From: an uncultured Candidatus Saccharibacteria bacterium
Lineage (GTDB): Bacteria > Patescibacteriota > Minisyncoccia > Phycocordibacterales > UBA9973
Direction of reading: 5' to 3'
DNA length: 36,603 bases
NCBI GenBank assembly: GCA_964637995.1
Contig: CAZWXV010000001.1
Coordinates: 41,186 to 77,788 of the forward strand
The notes under the pieces are model-generated. The model was not told where the DNA came from. It worked only from the letters and a program-made list of their open reading frames with translations, and searched no databases. Every line of letters starts with the position of its first letter. Within the stretch, counting starts at the first letter, position 1. Positions 25,116 to 36,149 of the stretch are shown one piece after another. The position numbers were made by a program, and so were the translations under genes.

Positions 25116-28109
25116 TTACCTCGATAGTCCCGCGAGTTTGCAATACTCGCAGTCTTTTTTGCCGCAGCCTTTTTGAAGAAATTCCATTGAGAGCACTTCG
25201 TGGGCGCACGTGTTTATCTCCTCACGGAGCTTGTCCATCTGTTCCCTGGTAATCTTAAAAGAATACTGTTCGAATTTCCCCTTTTTGTTTTTCTCCACAA
25301 AGTCCAGCGTGCATTCATCGATGACCAGATTGCCTTCGTCATAATCCTCGAGGAGCAGGTTATAAAATACTATCTGCCGTTCGTAGTCCGCTTTTTCCTC
25401 CTTGGTTTTTTCCGAGAAGCCGCGGCCGGTCTTGTAGTCCACTATGTGTATGGTGCCATCGTCGTTCTCCTCGACTTTGTCGATAAACCCCGAAAGTCGG
25501 AGCGTTTCCCTGTTGTCGAGCTCAAAGTTCCTTTTAAAGTGAAGCTCTGTTTTCACCTTATGGCTCCAGGAAGCCGAGTACGCGTCGTAATATTCCGCAA
25601 GCAATTTTTCTCCTCTCTCCCGGAACTTTTCTTCGTCTTTTTCGGTAAAATATGTTTGGGCGATTTCCTTGCCGAATGCTTCCAAAAGGTTGTTTTTTGG
25701 GAGGATCTTCTCCGCACGGGCGGAAGCGCTGAAAAACTGCTCGAGCGACTTATGGATTATGTCGCCGAATTTAAGCGTCGGGGAATACGCTTCCGGGACC
25801 TGGAACAAATTCTTGTATAAATATTTCTGCGGGCAGGAGAGAAAATTGTTAAGAGCCGAAACGTTGAGTCCGCGCTTTAAAAAAAGTTCCCGGATATATG
25901 CCGGCTCAAAGAGGGTCGCAGTCTTGTGTCCGGCGCGGAGAAAGGCCTCGAGCTTGTCTATATTTTTTTCTTCGAACTCTTTCATGCCGGAATTTTCCTT
26001 AAATTCCTCCTCGATTTCTTTCACGAATTCCGACTCTTCGTGTTCCCGGCCGTCATTGTCCGTACGCGCGAAAGAAATTGTAAGTGATTTTTTGGCGCGG
26101 GTCATGGCCACGTAAAACAGGCGCCTCTCGTCCTCGATATCGCCGTCGTACTGGTACACCGGCAGTTCTAGGCTGTCCCCGCCGCGTCGCGCTTCCCAGG
26201 ACTTGCGCACGGCGTTTATGATATATACGTGCTCGAATTCGCGGCCCTTGGAGCCGTGCGCAGTCATAAGCGACACTCCTTCTATTATTTCGGGGTTCGT
26301 GCTCTCGATATCCAGGTTGTATTTGGCGAAAGCGTCGACAAAATATATGAATTCGGCCAGGCCGTATTCTTTCCGCGCTTCGCTTTGCCTTTTGATTTCA
26401 TCCAGTAGCTTGTCGAGCTTCACCAACTGGAGGCGACTGTCCATTGATGCCAGGAGATACTCCATGTATCCAATTTTCGAGAGAAATGTTTTAAAGAAGT
26501 CAGAGAAATTTTGGTTTAAGGATTCGACTTTCATCTCCTTGAGCGTATCGGAAAAATTTATAAAGTTCGCCACGCTCTTAACGCCCGCCTCCTCGAGCGC
26601 CTTTTTGTCTTCCAGTACGGCAAAAATATGTTTTTTGCCCCCCGCCCGCGAAGATTTCACTTTTTCCAGTATCCTTACAACATCGTAAGCATCCAGACGG
26701 AGAAATTTTGCGAACAAGGCCTTGCCCAGATTGTGGTCATCGTTCATGTCGTAAACAGCTTTTAAAATATGTATGAGATTCCGGATGTTCGGGTCATCTA
26801 GGATCTTGTCCTTGGAGAAAATTGTGTAGTGTATACCGTAAAAATCGAAAATGGTTTTTATATCCGAAACGTTTTTATTCGCGCGGTAAAGCACCGCTAT
26901 TTCCTTCGGGGCAACTCCGCTTTTTATTTTTTCTTTTATTTCTTCGGCCAGATACAGGAGTTCGAATTTGTAGTTGGAAAATTCCCTCACCGCGATTTTT
27001 TCGCTCTCTTTCTCGTGGGAATGAAGTTTGGCGCTATCCGCCATGCCTTCCGATTTAACAATAAGGCTGTGGGCACCGTCCAAAATGTCTTGATTGGAGC
27101 GATAATTCTCGGTCAGGGTCACAATCGCCACATCCGCGTACAAATCCCGGAATCTGCGGAAGGTCTCCGCGCTCGCGCCCTGAAAACGGTAAATGGACTG
27201 CTTCTCGTCCCCGACCGTAAAAATGTTGGGCCGTTTTTCCAAATGCGGCGCGTCGGTCAGAAGCTCAAGTATTTCATTCTGGCCCTGGTTGGTGTCCTGG
27301 TGCTCGTCGACTAAAATGTACTGGTACTGTTCCCCGAGGTCCGCTTTTAGATTTTTGTTTTTTCCAAGCTCAACCAATACATACAGAACCATATCCGAAA
27401 AATCATACAGCCCCCGTCGGGAAAGCTCTTTCTGATAGAGAGCGAAAATCTCGCCGAGCTCGCGGGCTTTGCCGATTTTTTTTTGTATTTTCTCCGCCTC
27501 GGTGGGCTTTAGGTCGCCCTTTTTAAACTTGCCGTAATCCTTTTTATAATAAGCGTCCTCGTTGCCTAAAAGTTCTTTCTCCCACTCCGGTATTTTCTCC
27601 GCGAATTCCTCGGAACTTAACCCCTCTTTTTTGACCGCAAGAATGCCCGCGACAATCTTCCCGAGAAAAGAAAACTCGTCGTGGAAGGAAACCAGGTCTT
27701 TAAATTTATTTTTTTGCAGGATGGCCTCCACTAGCTCCACCCGTTCCAGGTCGGTTATGACCCGGGCACCTTCAAGCTCTTCGAAATAAAACGGTAATTC
27801 TTTGATGATATGCTCGCAGAACGCATGGAAGGTGAAAATATTTACGCGGTACGCCGTATCGCCCGTGATCTCAAGCAGCCGTTCCCGCATAGAGATGACA
27901 CCCGCGTTGGTAAAGGTGAGCGCCAGAATATTTTCCGGCGTGACCTGTGTATTAATTAAAATATTAGCAATGCGGAGAGCCAGTATCTGTGTCTTGCCCG
28001 TGCCGGGGCCCGCCACTACCATTACCGGGCCCTCGGTGGCATCTACGGCCTCTTTTTGAGCTTTATTTAGCTTCTCATATTCCTTTGCGAATTCTCCGGA
28101 TGAAGGCAT
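25116..28109 (-). CDS. Single-polypeptide UvrD/PcrA-type SF1 helicase fused to a PD-(D/E)xK nuclease with a Cas4/AddB-like cysteine cluster
   Basis: Helicase motifs are AGPGTGKTQ, ILVDEHQDTN, TAHGSKGREFEHVYI and RRLFYVAMTRAKKSL. The C-terminal nuclease has CPQKY, GFIDKVEE, IVDYKTG, QIVFYNLL and CGKKDCEYC. Confidence 0.88.
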   Translation of the reverse strand: MPSSGEFAKEYEKLNKAQKEAVDATEGPVMVVAGPGTGKTQILALRIANILINTQVTPENILALTFTNAGVISMRERLLEITGDTAYRVNIFTFHAFCEHIIKELPFYFEELEGARVITDLERVELVEAILQKNKFKDLVSFHDEFSFLGKIVAGILAVKKEGLSSEEFAEKIPEWEKELLGNEDAYYKKDYGKFKKGDLKPTEAEKIQKKIGKARELGEIFALYQKELSRRGLYDFSDMVLYVLVELGKNKNLKADLGEQYQYILVDEHQDTNQGQNEILELLTDAPHLEKRPNIFTVGDEKQSIYRFQGASAETFRRFRDLYADVAIVTLTENYRSNQDILDGAHSLIVKSEGMADSAKLHSHEKESEKIAVREFSNYKFELLYLAEEIKEKIKSGVAPKEIAVLYRANKNVSDIKTIFDFYGIHYTIFSKDKILDDPNIRNLIHILKAVYDMNDDHNLGKALFAKFLRLDAYDVVRILEKVKSSRAGGKKHIFAVLEDKKALEEAGVKSVANFINFSDTLKEMKVESLNQNFSDFFKTFLSKIGYMEYLLASMDSRLQLVKLDKLLDEIKRQSEARKEYGLAEFIYFVDAFAKYNLDIESTNPEIIEGVSLMTAHGSKGREFEHVYIINAVRKSWEARRGGDSLELPVYQYDGDIEDERRLFYVAMTRAKKSLTISFARTDNDGREHEESEFVKEIEEEFKENSGMKEFEEKNIDKLEAFLRAGHKTATLFEPAYIRELFLKRGLNVSALNNFLSCPQKYLYKNLFQVPEAYSPTLKFGDIIHKSLEQFFSASARAEKILPKNNLLEAFGKEIAQTYFTEKDEEKFRERGEKLLAEYYDAYSASWSHKVKTELHFKRNFELDNRETLRLSGFIDKVEENDDGTIHIVDYKTGRGFSEKTKEEKADYERQIVFYNLLLEDYDEGNLVIDECTLDFVEKNKKGKFEQYSFKITREQMDKLREEINTCAHEVLSMEFLQKGCGKKDCEYCKLAGLSR

Positions 28110-28117
28110 TATCCCCT

Positions 28118-28123
28118 ATTATA
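28118..28123 (-). promoter_or_regulatory. -10 box TATAAT, 8 nt upstream of the helicase-nuclease ATG
   Basis: The minus strand reads GTGTATAAT-aggggata-ATG(28109). The aggggata spacer could alternatively act as a weak SD. Confidence 0.35.
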
Positions 28124-28130
28124 CACCAGG

Positions 28131-29051
28131 TCAAATCTTTTTAGGAAAGATTATCGAGAGCACTATAGACGCCACGAGGGCGAACATTATTACCCCGAAG
28201 GACAAAAACGAAGATATGTGGATGCTAAAAATGCCCGCGAGCATTTTGGCGCCGATGAACACGAGGATAATCGCGAGTCCTTTTTGAAGATGATGAAAAC
28301 GGTGCAGAATATTTTCAATCAGGAAGAAAAGGGCCCGCAACCCCAGAATAGCAAAAATATTGGAGGTAAAAACCACAAAGAGATTTTGGGAAATGGCGAA
28401 AACAGCCGGAATGGAATCCACTGCAAAAATTATGTCCGTCGCCTCCACCATAAGTACCACCATGAAAAGGGAGGTGAAAAAGAACTTGCCGTTCTCGCGG
28501 AAAAAGAACTTGCCGCCGTGATGGGTGTCGGTGAAAGGCAGAAATTTGTGCGCGAATTTTATAACTTTATTATGCTTGAAATCTATATGCTCTTCCTTTT
28601 TCTCCGCCAGCAGTTTTATACCTGTATACAAAAGTATCGCACCAAAGATATAGAGCACCCAGTAAAATTGGTGGATGATATAAGCTCCCGCGACAATGAA
28701 AATACCCCGGAAAAGTATGGCCCCCAGGATACCCCAGAACAGGGCGCGGTGATGATATTTTTCCTCCAGCTTGAAGTAGCTGAAAATGAGCATGATCACG
28801 AAGAGGTTGTCTACTGAAAGCATCTTCTCCGTGACATAGGCGCTCAAAAACTCCACCGCCGTGACTTTGCCTATAAAAAAATAAATCAGGGCCCCGAAAA
28901 TGAGCGAAATCGCTATCCAGAAAATGGACTGATACAAAGCGGGGCGGAATTCTATCTTGTGGCTCTTCTTGTTGAAAAAGCCAAGGTCCGCCACCATAAA
29001 ACCTGTCACTATAACCCCGAATAAAATTGTTAAAGCCGTCTGCGCTGCCAT
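28131..29051 (-). CDS. TerC-family integral membrane protein
   Basis: A multi-TM 306-aa protein with the TerC block KMLSVDNLFVIMLIF. The start overlaps the truB stop (TAATG). Confidence 0.9.
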   Translation of the reverse strand: MAAQTALTILFGVIVTGFMVADLGFFNKKSHKIEFRPALYQSIFWIAISLIFGALIYFFIGKVTAVEFLSAYVTEKMLSVDNLFVIMLIFSYFKLEEKYHHRALFWGILGAILFRGIFIVAGAYIIHQFYWVLYIFGAILLYTGIKLLAEKKEEHIDFKHNKVIKFAHKFLPFTDTHHGGKFFFRENGKFFFTSLFMVVLMVEATDIIFAVDSIPAVFAISQNLFVVFTSNIFAILGLRALFFLIENILHRFHHLQKGLAIILVFIGAKMLAGIFSIHISSFLSFGVIMFALVASIVLSIIFPKKI

Positions 29052-29797
29052 TACGATATCTTAGCAAAAAAGCCCACCTTTGTCCTTTTTATCCGGTAGG
29101 CCAGCGCGGGAATCCCCAGACGTTCGCCCAGTGCATGGGCAATGGCACGCACATATGTGCCGGAGGAACTTCGGATTGCAAAACCGGCTATATAAAAATT
29201 CACAGATTCTTTGCCGGCCAATTTTTTACGCCAAATGCTTGAAATTTCTTTCTGCCGGAAATCCCCGTCCACCTTGCCGATCCTTTTTATAATATCTGAT
29301 AATAGCTTTTGTCCGCTTGCTCTTTTAATCCCTAAAAATTTAAGTTTTTTTATGGTAACTTCCCGGGTGGGGAGTTCTACCGCCTTTTCGTCCCTGCCGT
29401 ACTCCCAGAGTTGTTTGCCCTTTACGGTCTTGGACGAATAGAGCGGGTATGTCTGCCGGAATCTGCCTCTGAAATACTTTAGGTTTTTTGTAATATCTTT
29501 TGTTCCAATGTTCGTTAGAACTTTAGAACTTACTATTTTGCCTAAGATGTCGTATGTATCCGTCGCAAAACCGAAGAGGACTTCGAATTCATATTCTTTG
29601 TCCAGCACCAAATATTTTTCTTTATTACTGACTTCCTCGCCCAAGAGTGCAAGAAGCACTCCACTCGCCATCGGGTCCAACCGGCCGGCGTAGGTCATTT
29701 TTATATTTTCATATTTTTTACTCTTGGCACGCAAACGCAAGAGCGCGGCAAGCGGTGTCTCCCCCTCTCTTTTGTTAAGGATTAAAATACTTTTCAT
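29051..29797 (-). CDS. truB: tRNA pseudouridine synthase, TruB family
   Basis: The catalytic-Asp block YAGRLDPMASGVLLAL is present. The protein is 248 aa. Confidence 0.85.
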   Translation of the reverse strand: MKSILILNKREGETPLAALLRLRAKSKKYENIKMTYAGRLDPMASGVLLALLGEEVSNKEKYLVLDKEYEFEVLFGFATDTYDILGKIVSSKVLTNIGTKDITKNLKYFRGRFRQTYPLYSSKTVKGKQLWEYGRDEKAVELPTREVTIKKLKFLGIKRASGQKLLSDIIKRIGKVDGDFRQKEISSIWRKKLAGKESVNFYIAGFAIRSSSGTYVRAIAHALGERLGIPALAYRIKRTKVGFFAKIS

Positions 29798-29805
29798 TTA
29801 ACCAA

Positions 29806-29814
29806 ATACTAGCA
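29806..29814 (-). promoter_or_regulatory. Extended -10 TGCTAGTAT, 8 nt upstream of the truB ATG
   Basis: The minus strand reads TGCTAGTAT-ttggttaa-ATG(29797). This is the same 9-mer as at rpmF. Confidence 0.5.
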
Positions 29815-29857
29815 TGCTGGACTTTCTTTTTGGCAAAAAAGGTGTAAATTATGGATA

Positions 29858-30181
29858 ATGGTAACTTTAGAAGATTTTAAAAAACTGGATATACGCATCG
29901 GCAAAATAGTTTCCGCCGAGCGGATTCCCGATTCGGACAAGCTGGTCAAACTTATTTTTGACCTAGGAGGCGAACAGCGCCAGATACTGGCAGGTATTGC
30001 CGAGTTTTTTCCCGACCTCGCTGTTTTGGCGGGAAAAGAAGTTCCACTAATCGTGAATCTTGAACCCAGAAAAATGAGGGGCCTTATGAGTGAAGCCATG
30101 TTGCTTGCCGCCGATACCGGCGGCCGGCCGGTGCTCCTCTACCCTGCGGAAGAAGTGCCGCCAGGGAGTATCGTGCACTAG
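29858..30181 (+). CDS. Free-standing tRNA-binding OB-fold protein (Trbp111/CsaA/MetRS-C-terminal type)
   Basis: LDIRIGKIVSAERIPDSDKLVKLIFDLGGEQRQILAGIAEFF...LEPRKMRGLMSEAMLLAA matches the tRNA_bind (EMAP-like) domain. TAAATT lies 7 nt upstream of the ATG. Confidence 0.85.
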   Translation: MVTLEDFKKLDIRIGKIVSAERIPDSDKLVKLIFDLGGEQRQILAGIAEFFPDLAVLAGKEVPLIVNLEPRKMRGLMSEAMLLAADTGGRPVLLYPAEEVPPGSIVH

Positions 30182-30195
30182 GTCACATTTTCTCT

Positions 30196-31062
30196 CTAAT
30201 TTACTTCGTCCATCGCGTCCTCGGCGAGATTCTCGGCATCCCGCGCAAAATCTTCCGCGTCGTCATAATTCTTGTCATCGTATTCGTCCTCCGCGTCATT
30301 AAGTCGGTCTTCGGCGTCATCCAGGAAATTTTCGGCCCGGCGGATAATGGTTATGCTTACCCCGCGGCGGCGTGCGTCGTCTATTTCGTCCTCGGCGTCA
30401 TTGATCGCGTCTTCCGCGTCGTTTATTGCGTCCTGCGCGTCCTCCTTATCGCCACTACTTCGGTCTCCACCCGCATCCTCAAACGCATCTTCCGCGTCCC
30501 GGTAAGCGTCGTCCGCCAGATTGTAAGCTTCGGCAAAATCCCGGTTGACGAAGAATTCATGTACGGCCTCGAGCATATTGTCTTCCGCGTCCTCTAGACT
30601 GTCCTCCGCGGAACTAGTATTGCGATTGGAGTCGTCTATCTCATCCCGCGTGTCTTCCATCATCCGGAGCGCCTCGTCTATCCTCTGCCTGGCGCTTGCT
30701 TCTTCCGTATTGCCGCCATAGTAACCGCCGACTCCGCCATAGCCCCCCGCAGGCTCAACATATTTTGCCCGTGACGCCGCATCAAAATATCCGGTTGGAG
30801 GTAAGCTCTTCGTTGTCTGCCATTGCATGACTGCCTGCGTGGTCATCGGACCGAAAAAACCGTCCGGAATCATGTAGTTCTGGTAGGGCGCGCCATAATA
30901 GCCGGAACCGCTAGACCCCAGATACTGCTGCAGGCATCTTACGTCTTCGCCCCAGCTGCCCTGCCCCAGGTCGCGAGTAAAGTTGCAGTTTGCGGCTTCG
31001 GCATTGAGGGCTACAAATAAGGCCGAACTTAGAAACAATACGCTAAAAATCTTTGTTTTCAT
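30196..31062 (-). CDS. Secreted protein: signal peptide, PG_binding_1 domain, Gly/Tyr linker and an acidic DAED-repeat helical tail
   Basis: The signal peptide is MKTKIFSVLFLSSALFVALNAEA. The PG-binding block is GEDVRCLQQYLG...PDGFFGPMTTQAVMQWQ. The linker is GGYGGVGGYYGG. Seven exact DAED motifs follow. Confidence 0.8.
   Translation of the reverse strand: MKTKIFSVLFLSSALFVALNAEAANCNFTRDLGQGSWGEDVRCLQQYLGSSGSGYYGAPYQNYMIPDGFFGPMTTQAVMQWQTTKSLPPTGYFDAASRAKYVEPAGGYGGVGGYYGGNTEEASARQRIDEALRMMEDTRDEIDDSNRNTSSAEDSLEDAEDNMLEAVHEFFVNRDFAEAYNLADDAYRDAEDAFEDAGGDRSSGDKEDAQDAINDAEDAINDAEDEIDDARRRGVSITIIRRAENFLDDAEDRLNDAEDEYDDKNYDDAEDFARDAENLAEDAMDEVN
30211..30612 (-). repeat. In-frame degenerate repeats encoding DAED-type motifs, including a 21-bp tandem pair
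   Basis: The plus-strand motif TC(Y)TC(S)GCGTC recurs at least 9 times. Segments 30391-30411 and 30412-30432 each encode DAINDAE. Confidence 0.8.
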
Positions 31063-31199
31063 AGAGTTTTTATAGTTAATTTATAATGAAAAACACAAAA
31101 AACCTTGGTCTTTTTTCATTCTACTACCTTGTCTTTTTTTAGCAACCCGGGCCATACCGGCTTTCTTTTTACAAAAAATAATGTAGATTAAAGAGTGTT

Positions 31200-31289
31200 G
31201 GAGGCGTCGCATAGCGGTCTAGTGCACCACCTTGGAAAGGTGGCATGGGGTTACTCCCATCGAGAGTTCGAATCTCTCCGCCTCCGCCA
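31200..31289 (+). tRNA. tRNA-Ser (anticodon GGA), class II with a long variable arm and an encoded CCA
   Basis: The acceptor stem pairs GGAGGCG with CGCCTCC. The anticodon stem CCACC/GGTGG carries the loop TTGGAAA. The variable arm is CATGGGGTTACTCCCATC, the T-loop is GTTCGAATC, and the 3' end is GCCA. Confidence 0.95.
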
Positions 31290-31373
31290 GTAGTTTTGAA
31301 AAGTGAGCATTAAAATACCCTTGTTTTAAGCTACTTTCTAAAACTGAAAAGTGATAAAATATAAGAACCCTAG

Positions 31374-31478
31374 AGGGATTCGAACTATGAGGGCGATTCT
31401 GTGCAAAAGCCGAGCGTTCAAGTTATAGCAAAAATTGCAAAGGCACTCGACATTTCTGTAGAAGATTTGTTAAAATAA
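31374..31478 (+). pseudogene. Remnant of an XRE-family helix-turn-helix gene (C-terminal half only, no start codon)
   Basis: The frame reads RDSNYEGDSVQKPSVQVIAKIAKALDISVEDLLK and then stops. This matches the recognition-helix and C-terminal part of HTH_XRE proteins. An in-frame TAG sits at 31371 and there is no ATG. Confidence 0.5.
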
Positions 31479-31483
31479 TGTAT

Positions 31484-31846
31484 ATGAATAAAAAATCAAG
31501 TGAGCTGTTGGGTATCGCCCGGTTCAAGATTCACGAGGGCAAACTTGAGGAGTTCAAGCGCTTGTCCGCGGAGTGCATTGAGATTGCGCGAGCCAAGGAC
31601 AATGGAACATTGCAGTACGATGTCTACATCAACGAGGACAAATTGGAAGCAGTCGTCATTGAACGATACAAAGACTCCGAAGCACTCATCCAACACCTAG
31701 CGAACAATAGGGATGCGGCAAAAGAAATTTTTCTTACGGGATCGATCTCAGGCGAACTTCTTGGCGAACCGAACGCAGAGCTCAAGGCGATGCTAGAAGG
31801 TAGCAAGGAACCTCGTCTTTTTACAACGCCCTTCTTGTCAATGTAA
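31484..31846 (+). CDS. ABM-domain (antibiotic-biosynthesis-monooxygenase-like) small protein
   Basis: The product is 120-122 aa. YDVYINEDKLEAVVIERYKDSEALIQH resembles the ferredoxin-like ABM fold motif. The start could be 31478 or 31484, and TAAAAT lies 7 nt before 31484. Confidence 0.6.
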   Translation: MNKKSSELLGIARFKIHEGKLEEFKRLSAECIEIARAKDNGTLQYDVYINEDKLEAVVIERYKDSEALIQHLANNRDAAKEIFLTGSISGELLGEPNAELKAMLEGSKEPRLFTTPFLSM

Positions 31847-32020
31847 ACACCGCCGGAATGGGTAGTTAATACTGTTTTTGAGCAAAAGTAGGGACATCGA
31901 ATAAGGCAGGATTTTCCTTGTGGATTCGTCTTAAATCCCTCACGATCTTATCAACACTTCTGAAATTAAACCTTTTCGGTTCTAACTTCGGGACATCGCC
32001 ACCGCAAATTTTCGAAAAAA

Positions 32021-32029
32021 TGCTATAAT
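32021..32029 (+). promoter_or_regulatory. Extended -10 TGCTATAAT, 30 nt upstream of the ATG at 32060
   Basis: A perfect copy of the recurring motif. Here it leaves a short SD-less leader. Confidence 0.5.
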
Positions 32030-32059
32030 TAAGGTCTTATTAACAACTTTTAACTTTTT

Positions 32060-32425
32060 ATGTCTAACGAAAAAAAGTTTGAGTGGGCGCTCCGGATAGG
32101 CGTAGCCGGAGAATTTTTGGGTCATGGATTGCTCGCAGTAGGAGGCAAGGCTGACTGGATAGCCTGGATCAGCCAGTTGACGGGAGCTGGCGCGGAAACG
32201 GCGGCAACTTTGCTAATGCTCGTGGGCGCCACAGATATTCTGGTCGCGGCGATAGTTTTAATCAGACCGGTTAAGCCGGTTTTGCTTTGGGCGGCATTCT
32301 GGGGCTTTTGGACCGCATTGGTGCGGCCTTTGGTCGGGCAATCATGGCTCGACTTTATTGAAAGGTTCGCGAACTGGGCGGCACCTTTGGCTCTTTACTA
32401 CTTCTATAAAAGCAAGGGCAAGTAA
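32060..32425 (+). CDS. Small integral membrane protein (DoxX-like?)
   Basis: 121 aa with 3-4 predicted hydrophobic helices. The family assignment is weak. Confidence 0.55.
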   Translation: MSNEKKFEWALRIGVAGEFLGHGLLAVGGKADWIAWISQLTGAGAETAATLLMLVGATDILVAAIVLIRPVKPVLLWAAFWGFWTALVRPLVGQSWLDFIERFANWAAPLALYYFYKSKGK

Positions 32426-32426
32426 T

Positions 32427-32446
32427 TTACGTAAAGTATTACGTAA
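32427..32446. terminator. AT-rich hairpin between convergent genes
   Basis: TTACGTAA-agta-TTACGTAA. Each 8-mer is self-complementary, giving an 8-bp stem. There is no clear T-run. Confidence 0.3.
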
Positions 32447-32450
32447 TAGA

Positions 32451-35576
<3,126 letters not shown>

Positions 35577-35577
<1 letters not shown>

Positions 35578-36143
35578 TATTGCATCCAATTAAACAAGGT
35601 CTCATAAAATTTAACCTCTTTGTTGCCCGAGCCCTGTGCCCAGTTGACGCTGACATACACTTCCATTTCATCGGCGGTAGTCTCCACTACTTGCATTCGT
35701 CGGCGAAAGCCGGTGTTCGCTCCGCCATAAATACTTATGTTGTAGGCGCCATTGTTGAGAAATAAGTCGCAGTTTTCCGGAGGGCATTGGAATACGGATC
35801 CGGCATCAGAGCCCGGGAGTAAAGGATCAACGCCGCAGGTGACCCCCACACAGGGCGCTAGTTTGGCTTTGAAGTCATCCCAACCATCTTGGCCACTTTG
35901 CGGGTGGTAAAGGGTATAGGTATCGCGTATGTTCCGGACATATTCTATCCCCTCCTGCGCGAGATATTCCCCCACCATTCTTTGCTTGGCGTAATTTATG
36001 TCGGCAATACCCTGGGACAAAACGCTTATAAGACCCAAAATGGACAGGGAAAAAATGGAAATGGCGACCAGGGTTTCAACCAAGGTAAACCCCGAATGAA
36101 CGGCCGTGAGCTTATTTTTGTTTTTTAAAAAAATTATTCTCAT
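35577..36143 (-). CDS. Type IV pilin-like protein (PilV/GspI-type minor pilin)
   Basis: The prepilin cleavage/methylation motif is HSG-FTLVETLVAISIFSLSILGL, with G-1, F+1 and E+5. Confidence 0.75.
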
Positions 36144-36149
36144 TTTTTT

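Noticed and set aside
29052-29110. Expected yybP-ykoY (Mn) riboswitch upstream of the TerC-family gene.
   Set aside because: The terC ATG overlaps the truB stop codon, so there is no non-coding leader in which a riboswitch could sit.
30211-30612. Repetitive DNA that could have been a CRISPR array or minisatellite.
   Set aside because: The units are degenerate and in-frame (21 bp or multiples). They have no unique spacers and lie inside a well-supported ORF. This is a coding repeat, not a CRISPR array.
31366-31392. The sequence GAGGGATTCGAAC resembles a tRNA T-arm, suggesting a tRNA fragment or att duplicate.
   Set aside because: I could not form a 5-bp T-stem on either strand. The alignment to the adjacent tRNA-Ser 3' end is out of register, so this is probably coincidence.
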